From a virus (taxonomy: Duplodnaviria; Caudoviricetes): a stretch of 34,512 bases of DNA. The DNA lies in IMG/VR virus record IMGVR_UViG_3300037457_000050, positions 1 to 34,512 of that record. One strand, written 5' to 3'. How positions within the stretch are numbered: position 1 is the stretch's first letter; every line of letters starts with the position of its first letter. Made by a program: the position numbers and the translations under genes. The notes below the pieces were generated by a model. That model worked only from the letters and a program-made list of their open reading frames with translations, was not told the origin of the DNA and searched no databases. This document shows positions 15,798 through 23,952 of the stretch, one piece after another.

Positions 15798-16351
15798 GCG
15801 GCGATAAGCCCCCTTCCCCGCTGCTGGGCTGGCCGCCGTGGAACCCGCACAAACGACAACTCGCCCGGCCAGTACAGACCACCGCCGGGAGTGGCCCAGA
15901 ACTTGTTCGGCTTCCGCTGCACCCTCAGGTGATAACGGCAGGTCCAGATGCCCGAGTAGTCCATGAACCCGTGCCGGCCGCACTCCGGGCAGCTGGCGAC
16001 CACGATGTCCTGCCCTTCCTGCGTCCCCTCCCACATGGCACCGTCGACTCGCGCTGGCCTCAGCACCACAACCAGATCGCTAGCCCACTCCCACTCGTCG
16101 TAACCGAGTGCAGCCTGAAGCTTCGCCGGCTTTCCGATCCGCTCGTCGTGGTAGCCCTTGACCTCGGCCCACACTCGCTGGGCCGGGAGCCGGAAGTCCG
16201 GACGGTACAGCTCCCCAGACGGCAACTGGAGCCCTTCGGGTTCGTACTCCCAGTCCCAACCCCACGCGTCGAACGTGGCTGCCCAATCGGCCTCCAGCGT
16301 TGACGCGAACCGCACCCCGCGGTGCCACACCGGTATCGCCCTGATCGTCAC
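15785..16351 (-). CDS. PD-(D/E)XK nuclease-family protein
   Basis: FASTLEA.WA..FD....WEYEPEG..YRPDFRL..WAEVKG; GTGA overlap. Confidence 0.8.
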   Translation of the reverse strand: MTIRAIPVWHRGVRFASTLEADWAATFDAWGWDWEYEPEGLQLPSGELYRPDFRLPAQRVWAEVKGYHDERIGKPAKLQAALGYDEWEWASDLVVVLRPARVDGAMWEGTQEGQDIVVASCPECGRHGFMDYSGIWTCRYHLRVQRKPNKFWATPGGGLYWPGELSFVRVPRRPAQQRGRGLIAAWNP

Positions 16352-16515
16352 TCCACGTCCTCCCCATCCATCCCCAGCCACAGAACGCGCCGACGGCGGG
16401 CAATCTCCGTCGGCTCGTCGTCGCGTCCCTGAGTCTCAGCAGCTAGCGGCGGTGCCTCCGCGACGGGCGGATTCCCGTACCGCTCGCGGAGCAGGTCCCC
16501 AATTAGGTCGCCCAT
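16348..16515 (-). CDS. Small hypothetical protein, first gene of the replication module
   Basis: LLRERYG..EIARRRRVL; start uncertain (16515 or 16548). Confidence 0.55.
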   Translation of the reverse strand: MGDLIGDLLRERYGNPPVAEAPPLAAETQGRDDEPTEIARRRRVLWLGMDGEDVE

Positions 16516-16569
16516 CGCATTGGCCCCCGTAGTTGCCGCCCGTGCCACACAGAGCGTACTCTTAACTCG

Positions 16570-16599
16570 ACTCTAGCGAGTACAGCCAAGTGTACACAA
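16570..16599 (-). promoter_or_regulatory. Leftward promoter overlapped by GTGTACAC/GTAC boxes
   Basis: TTGTGT (16599-16594) N18 TAGAGT (16575-16570); GTGTACAC palindrome 16590-16597; locally AT-richer. Confidence 0.55.
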
Positions 16600-16676
16600 G
16601 AGCGGAGAGCCAAATGACAGCACCCGCGTCCACCCGTACGGACGTTCGCCTGATCCGCCGGTCGTACACTCCGGCC

Positions 16677-16898
16677 ATGGCCAGGCGGAGGATCGTCAGC
16701 ATCAGAACCGCCCGCGCCACCCTCAAGGACCGCATCGACGGGGCACAGGAACGCGAAGAGCACACGATCCTGCTCCGCCGTAGCGAGGTCGCAGCCGTGC
16801 TGGTCCCGCCCGGCTGGTACCGAGACGCCTGCCAGGCGCTTGGTGATCCGTGGGAGGACTGGCAGCCCCCGGAGGACGCAGACACCGACGAGTCCTGA
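16677..16898 (+). CDS. Orphan Phd/YefM-family antitoxin-like protein
   Basis: VSIRTARATLKDRIDGA....EHTILLRRSEVAAVLVP fits the Phd/YefM pattern; acidic tail; TACACT -10 (16665-16670) 6 nt before ATG (leaderless). Confidence 0.75.
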   Translation: MARRRIVSIRTARATLKDRIDGAQEREEHTILLRRSEVAAVLVPPGWYRDACQALGDPWEDWQPPEDADTDES

Positions 16899-16906
16899 CC
16901 GGCCCA

Positions 16907-17395
16907 TCACGCCACCCCTGCCCGGGTGGTGCGGACGCCTTTGGGTCGCTCCGCCGGATCGTCGATGTCGTCCCACGCCCACGCCGTGGCCCAGCCGTAC
17001 CGTGCCGCGACCGTCCGCGCGTGCGTAGCAGTCCTGCCCGCCGGTGGCGGTAGGTCGGTCAGCTGGTCGAACAGCGCAGCGACCTGGCCGGCGGTGCGGC
17101 GGAGCACACCGCGGGTGCGGACCGCCCGGGCGAGCTGCCGCAGCCACGCCTCCGTGCAGCCCAGCCGCCGGGCCAACTCGGCGAACGGGTGGCCGTATGC
17201 CACCAGCGCCTGGACCCGGCGGGACGTGCCCGTGGCGTCGACCAGAGCCGGCACGCCCCGGCCCTCACGGTGCCGTTTGGCGCGGATCCGCTCAGCGTCA
17301 CGGCAGGGCGGGCAGTGGCAGCGCCAGTACCGGTACCGGCGGGCAGTGCCATGCGGCGGCGGGGGGCGTCTACGCCGCCGCGGCGAGTCGGACAT
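16907..17395 (-). CDS. Phage DNA-binding protein (HGT..Y..CxCxxC plus HTH)
   Basis: PHGTARRYRYWRCHCPPC; DATGTSRRVQALVAYGHPFAELARRLG; GGAGG RBS. Confidence 0.75.
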   Translation of the reverse strand: MSDSPRRRRRPPPPHGTARRYRYWRCHCPPCRDAERIRAKRHREGRGVPALVDATGTSRRVQALVAYGHPFAELARRLGCTEAWLRQLARAVRTRGVLRRTAGQVAALFDQLTDLPPPAGRTATHARTVAARYGWATAWAWDDIDDPAERPKGVRTTRAGVA

Positions 17396-17570
17396 GGCCG
17401 GTCACCTCCTCCACAAGCTCGGGGTGTGCGATCGTGTAGTGCGCGTCGAGTGCGGCCAGCGCGGCGTCCAGGTCGCCCCGGCCGCGGGCGGCCGGCACAG
17501 GCTGCCACCGCCGGTACGCCCGGCAGCCAGGTTCGCCGCAGCGCCACCGGGGACGGACCCGATCACGCAC
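17370..17570 (-). CDS. Small hypothetical protein
   Basis: GTG 17570 with GGAGG upstream; WRCGEPGC..H..H. Confidence 0.55.
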   Translation of the reverse strand: MRDRVRPRWRCGEPGCRAYRRWQPVPAARGRGDLDAALAALDAHYTIAHPELVEEVTGHVRLAAAA

Positions 17571-17733
17571 CGGTGGCCACCTCCTGCCGGTCGCCGCGGG
17601 CGTGCCGCGGCTCGTAGCCGGGGTCCAGCTCCCGGCACACCTGGCACAGCAGCTCGCCGTGGGCCAGGTGGTTGATCCGGGCCTCGCGGGTGCCGTGCGG
17701 CAGCAAGTCGTTCGGACCGGGACGCTCAGCCAC
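17563..17733 (-). CDS. Small zinc-binding protein (PHGT..H...GE..CxxC)
   Basis: GTGGCTGA overlap; motif. Confidence 0.6.
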   Translation of the reverse strand: MAERPGPNDLLPHGTREARINHLAHGELLCQVCRELDPGYEPRHARGDRQEVATGA

Positions 17734-18094
17734 CCTCGGCCCCCTCGCCACCGCTCCGCGTGCACTCGTAGCGGCAGCCCTCCACCGGGTCGCCGTAGTC
17801 ACCCGGGCCGTACACCGACACCGACACCGGACGGCCGTCCCGGTCCGCCTTGACCCACACGGTCACACCACCCACGTTCATCCACCAGGTGCCGGTGTCC
17901 ATCTGCTCGACGTGCAACCAGCCAGCCACGACCAGCTCGTCAAACTCGGTGTGCACGGGCAGGTCGTGGTGGACCCGCAGGGGCGAGTCGCTCGGCCGGT
18001 CGAGTGGTCCGATGCCGTGGCTGCGCCGCTCGCCGTGGCGCTCGTGGGCGAGTAGCCGCCACCGGCCGCCGGCGGTGCGTAGACGCTTACCCAT
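17726..18094 (-). CDS. Hypothetical phage protein
   Basis: FDELVVAGWLHVEQMD..WWMNVGGV motif; start overlaps the upstream stop. Confidence 0.7.
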   Translation of the reverse strand: MGKRLRTAGGRWRLLAHERHGERRSHGIGPLDRPSDSPLRVHHDLPVHTEFDELVVAGWLHVEQMDTGTWWMNVGGVTVWVKADRDGRPVSVSVYGPGDYGDPVEGCRYECTRSGGEGAEGG

Positions 18095-18557
18095 GCGGGA
18101 CCACCACCTTGATCGGGTGTACCTGCGGGTCGTAGCCGGCCCGCCGAGCCCGGCGCAGGAAATCGCCCGTGCCGGAGTCGTCGCCCCGCTGGTCCACGAA
18201 CGTGACCACGAAGTCCGCCCGCGGCTTGAGGTCGGCGAGGCGCTGGTTACGGCGCCAGCCGGCCCGCGGGCAGTAGTCCCTCCCGTCCCGGCGCTTCTTG
18301 CGGTGCGGCCAGTCCGGGCAGCCACCCCGGTCCTCCGGCACCGTCAGGTCACACTCGCCCCAGCGGGCCGGCACCGGCTTGACCTGCCAGCCCCACGTCC
18401 GGGCGCAGCCGGCGGCGATGCGGTCCACGCCGGCCGCGTCACCATGGGCAAGCACCCCGAGGTCCCGTCGGCACACCGCCAGCAGTACCGGTCCGATGAC
18501 CTCGATGTGCTGCTCCTCCGTCGCATAGCGAGACCCGCTGCAAATCACCCTGATCAT
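18087..18557 (-). CDS. SLOG-family (DUF2493/YspA-like) protein
   Basis: RVICSGSR..HGDAAGVDRIA..AGWRRNQRL..SGTGD motifs; TGATG overlap. Confidence 0.85.
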   Translation of the reverse strand: MIRVICSGSRYATEEQHIEVIGPVLLAVCRRDLGVLAHGDAAGVDRIAAGCARTWGWQVKPVPARWGECDLTVPEDRGGCPDWPHRKKRRDGRDYCPRAGWRRNQRLADLKPRADFVVTFVDQRGDDSGTGDFLRRARRAGYDPQVHPIKVVVPHG

Positions 18558-19279
18558 CAACGCCCCCGCAGCTTGGCGCTTCTCGCGGCCATGCGCAGAC
18601 GCTGGCACGAGCGGCAGTTTCGTGACCCGTCGCGCCGGCGGTAGGTGTTGGCCTCGTCGTACGGATGCCCCTTCGGGCAATGCGTGACGCGGGCAACCGC
18701 CCGTTCCCGGTTAACCTTTCCCGTCACCGGCTCAAGGTGATCCGGGTTGACACACCTCCTGTGCCGACAGCCCGGCCCTCCGCGGCAAGAGTGGTCATCA
18801 GAGTGGCACCGGTGATCCAACTGCATGCCACGCGGGACCGCACCCTTCGTGAGCGTAAACAGAGCACTGTGTGCGAACACGTTCCTGCCGCCCAGCCACG
18901 CCACACCGTAGCCGTTGTCCATCGTGGTGCCCTGCCATACCCAGCAGCCGGATGGTTCCCGATGGACGAATGCCATGAGTCGCACCATCGGGTCAGCTCC
19001 GCGGTTGGTGTTAGCCCGAAGCCCCTGCTTTCGCAGGTAGCCGTAGACGTAGGACGGCTTGCATCCAACCTTCCGGGCTATCTCTGCGCTCCCGAGCCCG
19101 TCAGCGTGGGCAGCGAGTATCGCCTTGCGCAGCCGCTCACGATCGCCTGGGTCCATCAGCACTTGGACCTTGGGCAAAGATCCGTTCCTGCGCTGGACGG
19201 CGTGACACGTCTTGCAGTGGTCCCGAGCGTGGAACTCCTTCAGTTCGCCACAACCGGCACACTTGATGATCCGCAGCAT
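18557..19279 (-). CDS. HNH endonuclease with N-terminal Zn finger and HTH
   Basis: CWVWQG..GYG..AH..LDHRC..CVNPDHLEPVT..N; THCPKGHPYDEANTY..CRSC; lower GC than neighbours. Confidence 0.9.
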   Translation of the reverse strand: MLRIIKCAGCGELKEFHARDHCKTCHAVQRRNGSLPKVQVLMDPGDRERLRKAILAAHADGLGSAEIARKVGCKPSYVYGYLRKQGLRANTNRGADPMVRLMAFVHREPSGCWVWQGTTMDNGYGVAWLGGRNVFAHSALFTLTKGAVPRGMQLDHRCHSDDHSCRGGPGCRHRRCVNPDHLEPVTGKVNRERAVARVTHCPKGHPYDEANTYRRRDGSRNCRSCQRLRMAARSAKLRGR

Positions 19280-19485
19280 CAGCCCGCCCCCCCGTCGGTC
19301 TCGGGCATGGTCGCCACCAACCCGGCCGGTGTCTGCCGCACCACCGCGCCCTGCCCAGGACACGGCGGCTGCCGCGCCGGGTCGCGCCGATGCCACGGCA
19401 CCACCTCCCCGTACAACCCGGTCAGCGCGATACGCCGGCGACACACCGGGCACTCCACCGTGGGCACTTCTGGGATCAGGCTCAC
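19279..19485 (-). CDS. Small zinc-ribbon protein
   Basis: PTVECPVC..H..CPGQG; GTGA overlap; GAGG RBS. Confidence 0.6.
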   Translation of the reverse strand: MSLIPEVPTVECPVCRRRIALTGLYGEVVPWHRRDPARQPPCPGQGAVVRQTPAGLVATMPETDGGAG

Positions 19486-19934
19486 CGGGCAGCCACCTCT
19501 CCGCCAGCAGGAATCGATGAGCGGGTCGGCACCACGTACCCGGCGGCAACGTCCAGGAGCACATCGGCGTGGCACATGCGGATGTCTGCGCGTCGGGTGG
19601 GCAGTGGGCACCAGCACGCCAGGTCCCGGCCGGCCAGCTCCGCCTGGATCTCCTCCACCGACGGATAGGCGTGCGCGATCCGGCCGTTGAGCAGGTCCCA
19701 CTCGAAGAACTTCGCCGCGAAGTAGCGGGCGGTCTCCAGCAGCGCGTACGACGGGCCGTCGTTGAGGTCTGTCGGGCTGCCGTGGACCCGGTACATCCGA
19801 GTCCACGGCCACCGGTCCAGCCGCTCCGGCGTGATCCGGATCGGATTACCCCACCTCGATGGGCGCGAGACCACCACCGCGCCCGGCGGTTTGCGCCAGC
19901 CACGCTGGCGCCGAAGCTGGATCCGCTCAGGCAT
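19482..19934 (-). CDS. DUF4326 domain protein
   Basis: RIQLRR..GWRKP.GAVVVSRPSRWGNP..LAGRDLACWC..CHADVL. Confidence 0.9.
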   Translation of the reverse strand: MPERIQLRRQRGWRKPPGAVVVSRPSRWGNPIRITPERLDRWPWTRMYRVHGSPTDLNDGPSYALLETARYFAAKFFEWDLLNGRIAHAYPSVEEIQAELAGRDLACWCPLPTRRADIRMCHADVLLDVAAGYVVPTRSSIPAGGEVAAR

Positions 19935-20466
19935 CCGCCACCTCCCCCAGTTGGGTGGCCACTCGGGCGGCCACGTCCGGCGGGAGGGTCCACACCTTCT
20001 GGAACCCCCGGCATGGCACCGGCTCCGGGACCACAACCGGGTCGGACAGGCGCCAGTGGGCCAGCCCGCCGTTGCCGCCCATCGCCCACCGGGAACACTG
20101 GTACGGCCCGTCCGGGTGCAAGTCGCCGTACTTGCCGCGCAGACACGCGCTTGACCAGTGGCTGTCCACCAGGGTCACCCGGGCGATGACGGCACCAAGC
20201 GGGTAGAAGTCCGGGTCCCGCGGGAACGCGCCGCCCGCCAGGTCAGCCGCTGTGCGGAACCCGTCGCTGTCCCACCGCTTGCCAGCGTGAATGTACAGCG
20301 GCCCGCCGCGGACATCCCGCGACGGCGTCCACGGCCGGTTCTCGATGTCTTTCAGGCCGAGGGCGATCAGCGTCGCCCAGGGCTGCCAGACGGTGAGCGC
20401 CGGGAACCGCTCCGGTGTGCCGGGTTCCACCCCGGCCGGCCGCTCCAGCGTGGTGACCCCGCTCAC
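19927..20466 (-). CDS. ASCH domain protein
   Basis: ALTVWQPWATLIALGLKDIENR.W..LYIHAGK. Confidence 0.9.
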   Translation of the reverse strand: MSGVTTLERPAGVEPGTPERFPALTVWQPWATLIALGLKDIENRPWTPSRDVRGGPLYIHAGKRWDSDGFRTAADLAGGAFPRDPDFYPLGAVIARVTLVDSHWSSACLRGKYGDLHPDGPYQCSRWAMGGNGGLAHWRLSDPVVVPEPVPCRGFQKVWTLPPDVAARVATQLGEVADA

Positions 20467-21011
20467 TTCTGCCCACCAACGTGGGGGGTACCGGGCAGGC
20501 CGGCACCTACAAGCCCAGCAGCGGCTACAACCTCAGCGATGTCATCATCGGCGCGTATCCCACCCAGCGTGTCGTCGATCAGCTCGAACAGCTCCCGGGC
20601 GAAGGGCTCCGACCGGACCACAAGCCGCTCCCGCAGCACCAGCACCACCCGCGCCATTGCCCTGGCCAGCTTCACATCGCCCAGCGTGGCCACCTTCTCG
20701 ACCACGTGCGGGCACCAATCTTCGTTCTGGTGCACCGGATTGCCGTCACCATCGGCGAAGTAGTCACATCCCCGCTCCATGCACTCCTCGGTGCCATACA
20801 CGTACGACGCCGGGGCCAGCCGCACGCACTCGTCGACCAGCGCCGGCACGTCCCCCGCAGACTTGGCTGCTGCCTCCAGCAGCGCTATCACCGGGTCCTC
20901 ACGCGGCAGGTCGGCGTACCGCCCATCCCGACGCAGCAGCATCGCGTCTAGCGCGCGCGATGCGGCGTCGTAACGGCCACGCATCTCCTCAAGCTCCGCC
21001 ACGTCGATCAT
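20463..21011 (-). CDS. Hypothetical protein
   Basis: GGAGGGG RBS; ATGA overlap. Confidence 0.7.
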   Translation of the reverse strand: MIDVAELEEMRGRYDAASRALDAMLLRRDGRYADLPREDPVIALLEAAAKSAGDVPALVDECVRLAPASYVYGTEECMERGCDYFADGDGNPVHQNEDWCPHVVEKVATLGDVKLARAMARVVLVLRERLVVRSEPFARELFELIDDTLGGIRADDDIAEVVAAAGLVGAGLPGTPHVGGQK

Positions 21012-21256
21012 CGCTGCCCCTCCCCGGCTACGGCTGGCGCACCATGCGCCAGCGCCTCCACCACCCGCTCGGCCACATGCCGCTCCGACCCCCGCAACGC
21101 GTCCTTATAGCCGGATGGCCCCCCGCTACGGCTGCCGCACATGCACACCCATCGCCAGCGCTCTCCAGCCGGATCGGTGCCGAAGTCCCGTTGGACACTC
21201 AGCCGGTGCACGGCCAGCACGTCGGCGACCAGATCCACACTCGGCTCAGCCGACAC
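21008..21256 (-). CDS. Hypothetical protein
   Basis: VLAVH..CMCG..HVAE motif; GGAGG RBS. Confidence 0.65.
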   Translation of the reverse strand: MSAEPSVDLVADVLAVHRLSVQRDFGTDPAGERWRWVCMCGSRSGGPSGYKDALRGSERHVAERVVEALAHGAPAVAGEGQR

Positions 21257-21845
21257 GGGACACCTCCCGCGGGTACTCCCGGACCTGGAGATCCGGCGGG
21301 AACGCCTCGATGTCGTGGTGGTGCCTGCCCTTCGATTGATCGCTCAGGCCCACCCATTTCTCTCCTCGTCGGATCTTCTGGATGGTGACGTGGCTGACGC
21401 CATAGGAACGCCCGACGACACGAGACGAACGCACATCGGCCCGGATCGCCTCGACCTGGCGCCAGCTCAGCCGAGCGCTCGCGCACTGGTCGCCGCGCGG
21501 CTGGGTGCCGTGTCGTGCGCGGTCAGCAGCCTGTTCGTACCGGTCCCCCCAAGCAAGGTTCGACAACCTGTTGTCCGAAGGGTTGCCGTTCAGGTGGCGA
21601 ACCTCTTGGTGCGGCGGACACGGACCAACGAACGCTTCGAGGACAGCCCGGTGAGCCCACAGCTTGAGGTTCCGGCGGACACCCTTCGCGCCGGCCCCCC
21701 GGCGGTACGTGACGATGTAGAAGTACCCATCGGCGGTAACCTGCGGCTTGCGCGGCCCCTGTGGACCAGCGATCAGACCGGTGGTGCTGACCCGATAGCC
21801 GGGGCGTCCGGGCACGTCGGCCCACTCGATTGCGGTGTCAGCCAC
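21246..21845 (-). CDS. HNH endonuclease (NUMOD4-like, HNH_3, HTH) with DUF5131/Gp37-Gp68-like termini
   Basis: AHRAVLEAFVGPCP..VRHLNGNPSDNRLSNLAWG; termini MADTAIEWAD and FPPDLQVREYP. Confidence 0.85.
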   Translation of the reverse strand: MADTAIEWADVPGRPGYRVSTTGLIAGPQGPRKPQVTADGYFYIVTYRRGAGAKGVRRNLKLWAHRAVLEAFVGPCPPHQEVRHLNGNPSDNRLSNLAWGDRYEQAADRARHGTQPRGDQCASARLSWRQVEAIRADVRSSRVVGRSYGVSHVTIQKIRRGEKWVGLSDQSKGRHHHDIEAFPPDLQVREYPREVSRVG

Positions 21846-21930
21846 GGCCCACCTCCGTCTGCTCTGGGGGCGGCGGCTGGTCCTCCACGGCAGGATCCAG
21901 CGGTGGGCGGGTCTCGATCCGCTCAGGCAC
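21838..21930 (-). CDS. 30-aa coupled mini-ORF
   Basis: MPERIETRPPLDPAVEDQPPPPEQTEVGRG; AAGGAGG RBS; 8-nt overlaps at both ends. Confidence 0.5.
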   Translation of the reverse strand: MPERIETRPPLDPAVEDQPPPPEQTEVGRG

Positions 21931-22108
21931 GGATAACCTCCTTGCAGACCGCGATCACCGTGTGGGCGACGACGTAGATCCCGAACAGCACCAGGTACTG
22001 GCCGAAGTCCAGGGCGTGCAACCCGACCCTGGGCAGCGAGTACGCCTGCGCGGCGTAGCCGCCGACCAGTCCCGCAGCCAACGCGGCGATCACCGCCAGC
22101 GTCTTCAT
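21923..22108 (-). CDS. Small membrane protein
   Basis: Two hydrophobic helices; ATGA overlap. Confidence 0.7.
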   Translation of the reverse strand: MKTLAVIAALAAGLVGGYAAQAYSLPRVGLHALDFGQYLVLFGIYVVAHTVIAVCKEVIRA

Positions 22109-22335
22109 TCGGTCTCTCCGCTCAGTTCGGTGCAGCATTCAGCCACCCACCCGTCCGGAGTGGCAGTGATCATGGCCCCCGCCGGGTACCAGTCCCCACA
22201 GTCAGCGCACTTGCCCGCGTAGCCGGCGGAGATCATGACCCTTCCCCGGCGCTGCGGCGGTGGCGCGTCAGGGATGCGGCGGCAGTGGGCACATTCCGCG
22301 GCCAGCAGCTCGGTCACCCCGCAGCGGTCAGACAC
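22105..22335 (-). CDS. Small zinc-binding protein
   Basis: CAHCR; AGYAGKCADCG..G; GGAGG RBS. Confidence 0.7.
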   Translation of the reverse strand: MSDRCGVTELLAAECAHCRRIPDAPPPQRRGRVMISAGYAGKCADCGDWYPAGAMITATPDGWVAECCTELSGETE

Positions 22336-22693
22336 GCGCCTCCCCCTTCGCCAGCGCCTCAAGCTCTGCCCGGATCTGGCCGGAGAGCCACTGTTGCGGC
22401 CTCCACAGCCGCCACGGCTGCCCGGATGCGAGCAGCACGTCCCGCCACCGCCGCTGGTCCGGGTCCAGGCTGCCGGTGGTGCTCTTGGTCTCCGGCAGCA
22501 GCAGCCCACCCGGGCCGGCGATCGCCAGGTCCGGGAACCCGCGCGTGCCCTGGATCGGCGTGCGCCAGCCTTTGGCGGTGCGGGCCGGCCGGCAGTGGTG
22601 CACCAGCAGCCCCAGCCAGGCGGCGTGCTCCAGCACGGCCCGGAGTAACTGGTCCTCCGACACCTGGGCGGCGAGTACGTCCCGGGCGTTCAT
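22328..22693 (-). CDS. VRR-NUC domain nuclease
   Basis: SEDQL..GFPDL..ETK..G.L..DQ..W pattern. Confidence 0.85.
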   Translation of the reverse strand: MNARDVLAAQVSEDQLLRAVLEHAAWLGLLVHHCRPARTAKGWRTPIQGTRGFPDLAIAGPGGLLLPETKSTTGSLDPDQRRWRDVLLASGQPWRLWRPQQWLSGQIRAELEALAKGEARV

Positions 22694-22953
22694 GCCGGCT
22701 CCCCGGCCTCGGCCGGGCGTAGCAGCTTGCGCCGCTCCCGCTCGGACAGCCCACCCCACACGCCATACTTCTGCCTGGTGTCCAGGGCGTACTCCAGACA
22801 CTCAGGCTGGACCTCGCAGCGTCCGCAGACCCGCTTCGCCTCCCGTGTCGAGCCGCCCTTCTCCGGAAAGAACGCCTCCGGGTCGGTCTGCGCGCACAGG
22901 CCAACTTCGAAGAACTCCGGGTAGCCGCCGAGCTGGCCCAGGATGTCAGCCAC
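22690..22953 (-). CDS. whiB: WhiB-family transcription regulator (WhiB2/WhmD-like)
   Basis: LCAQTDPEAFFPEKGGSTREAKRVCGRCEV..CLEYAL..GVWGGLSERERRKL; four Cys. Confidence 0.97.
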   Translation of the reverse strand: MADILGQLGGYPEFFEVGLCAQTDPEAFFPEKGGSTREAKRVCGRCEVQPECLEYALDTRQKYGVWGGLSERERRKLLRPAEAGEPA

Positions 22954-23245
22954 GGCCCTCTCCCTCCGCCGTCTGCTGGGCGATCAGCGTGGGCAGGTCC
23001 CGCAGGAGGGCGCGATCCCACCGGCCGACGGGTCCGGTCCACACCCGCACGTCACACAGACGCCACCGCCGGCGGTCCCGCAGCTCCCACACCGCCACCG
23101 CCGCTGAGGTCAACCGGCGTGGTGGTGTCAGTGTCAGCTCCACCTGCTCAGGGCCAGGCCAGTCCACCGTCACCGTCCAACCGGCGTCGCCGGCCAGTCT
23201 GGCCAGCGTCCACAGCCGCGGCGGAACACCTACCCGGTCAGCCAC
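22946..23245 (-). CDS. Hypothetical protein
   Basis: GTGGCTGA overlaps at both ends. Confidence 0.6.
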   Translation of the reverse strand: MADRVGVPPRLWTLARLAGDAGWTVTVDWPGPEQVELTLTPPRRLTSAAVAVWELRDRRRWRLCDVRVWTGPVGRWDRALLRDLPTLIAQQTAEGEGRG

Positions 23246-23648
23246 CGCTCCGCCCGCCTTCCCACTTCCGCAGCCGGTCCAGCTCGTGCGGTGGCCGGTA
23301 GAACTCCCCATGCAGGACGCAAACCCCGGTGCTCAGCGCGATCCGGTGCTCGCCGACGTCTTCGTACCCGCCGTCCGCGACGGCCTGGTCCAGCTCGTCC
23401 TGTGTCCACACCCGCTGGATCACCGACCGGTCGGCTACCAGCCCCCCGTCGTCCACCTCAGCTCCCTTCACCTGAGCCCAGGACAGTGGCGGCTCCGACC
23501 CGTCATGGCCGTAGAACCAGTGCCAGCCGGGCTCTTCGCCGCCCTCCCGGGCCGAGTGGTCATCGCGGATCAGCAGCACGTACGGGTCGTCCCCGACCAC
23601 AATCCACGCACCATCGGGTGGCTCCGGCATCGTCGGTAGCTCAGCCAC
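23238..23648 (-). CDS. Hypothetical protein
   Basis: GGAGG RBS; GTGGCTGA overlap. Confidence 0.7.
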   Translation of the reverse strand: MAELPTMPEPPDGAWIVVGDDPYVLLIRDDHSAREGGEEPGWHWFYGHDGSEPPLSWAQVKGAEVDDGGLVADRSVIQRVWTQDELDQAVADGGYEDVGEHRIALSTGVCVLHGEFYRPPHELDRLRKWEGGRSGG

Positions 23649-23952
23649 GGCGGTTCCTCCCCGGCACGCACCCGCATCCATTCTTCATCCATTGCCAGAA
23701 CTCGTCACCCAGCTCGGCGTGGACAGCCAGCCGGGCGGTAACTCCCCGCTTGCCGGCGTCGGCCCGGTCCCGGGCGCGCGGGTAGAACTCGCGCCACGCC
23801 TGGTCTTCGGTCGCGAACACGTCCCTCGACGGGCCGGCGGACAGATCGGCGACCAGCACCCCGAACGGATGCCCGCAGCTGTGGGAGAACACCCAGTCGC
23901 ACGCGGCCAACGGCACCACCTGCCCGTCCACCTCCACATGCAGCTCAGCCAC
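23641..23952 (-). CDS. Hypothetical phage protein
   Basis: VEVDGQVVPLAACDWV...CG.PFGV motif; GGAGG RBS. Confidence 0.75.
   Translation of the reverse strand: MAELHVEVDGQVVPLAACDWVFSHSCGHPFGVLVADLSAGPSRDVFATEDQAWREFYPRARDRADAGKRGVTARLAVHAELGDEFWQWMKNGCGCVPGRNRRG

Noticed and set aside
16677-16910. Complete toxin-antitoxin operon (also at 29514-29738)
   Set aside because: No co-oriented downstream ORF with RelE, Doc or PIN features; both genes run straight into convergent minus-strand genes
18557-20146. 529-aa HNH fusion as listed (also long N-terminal extensions of 13172..15031, 14770..15882, 29214..29900, 31133..34090)
   Set aside because: The extensions overlap other convincing genes; internal starts have RBS and stop/start overlaps
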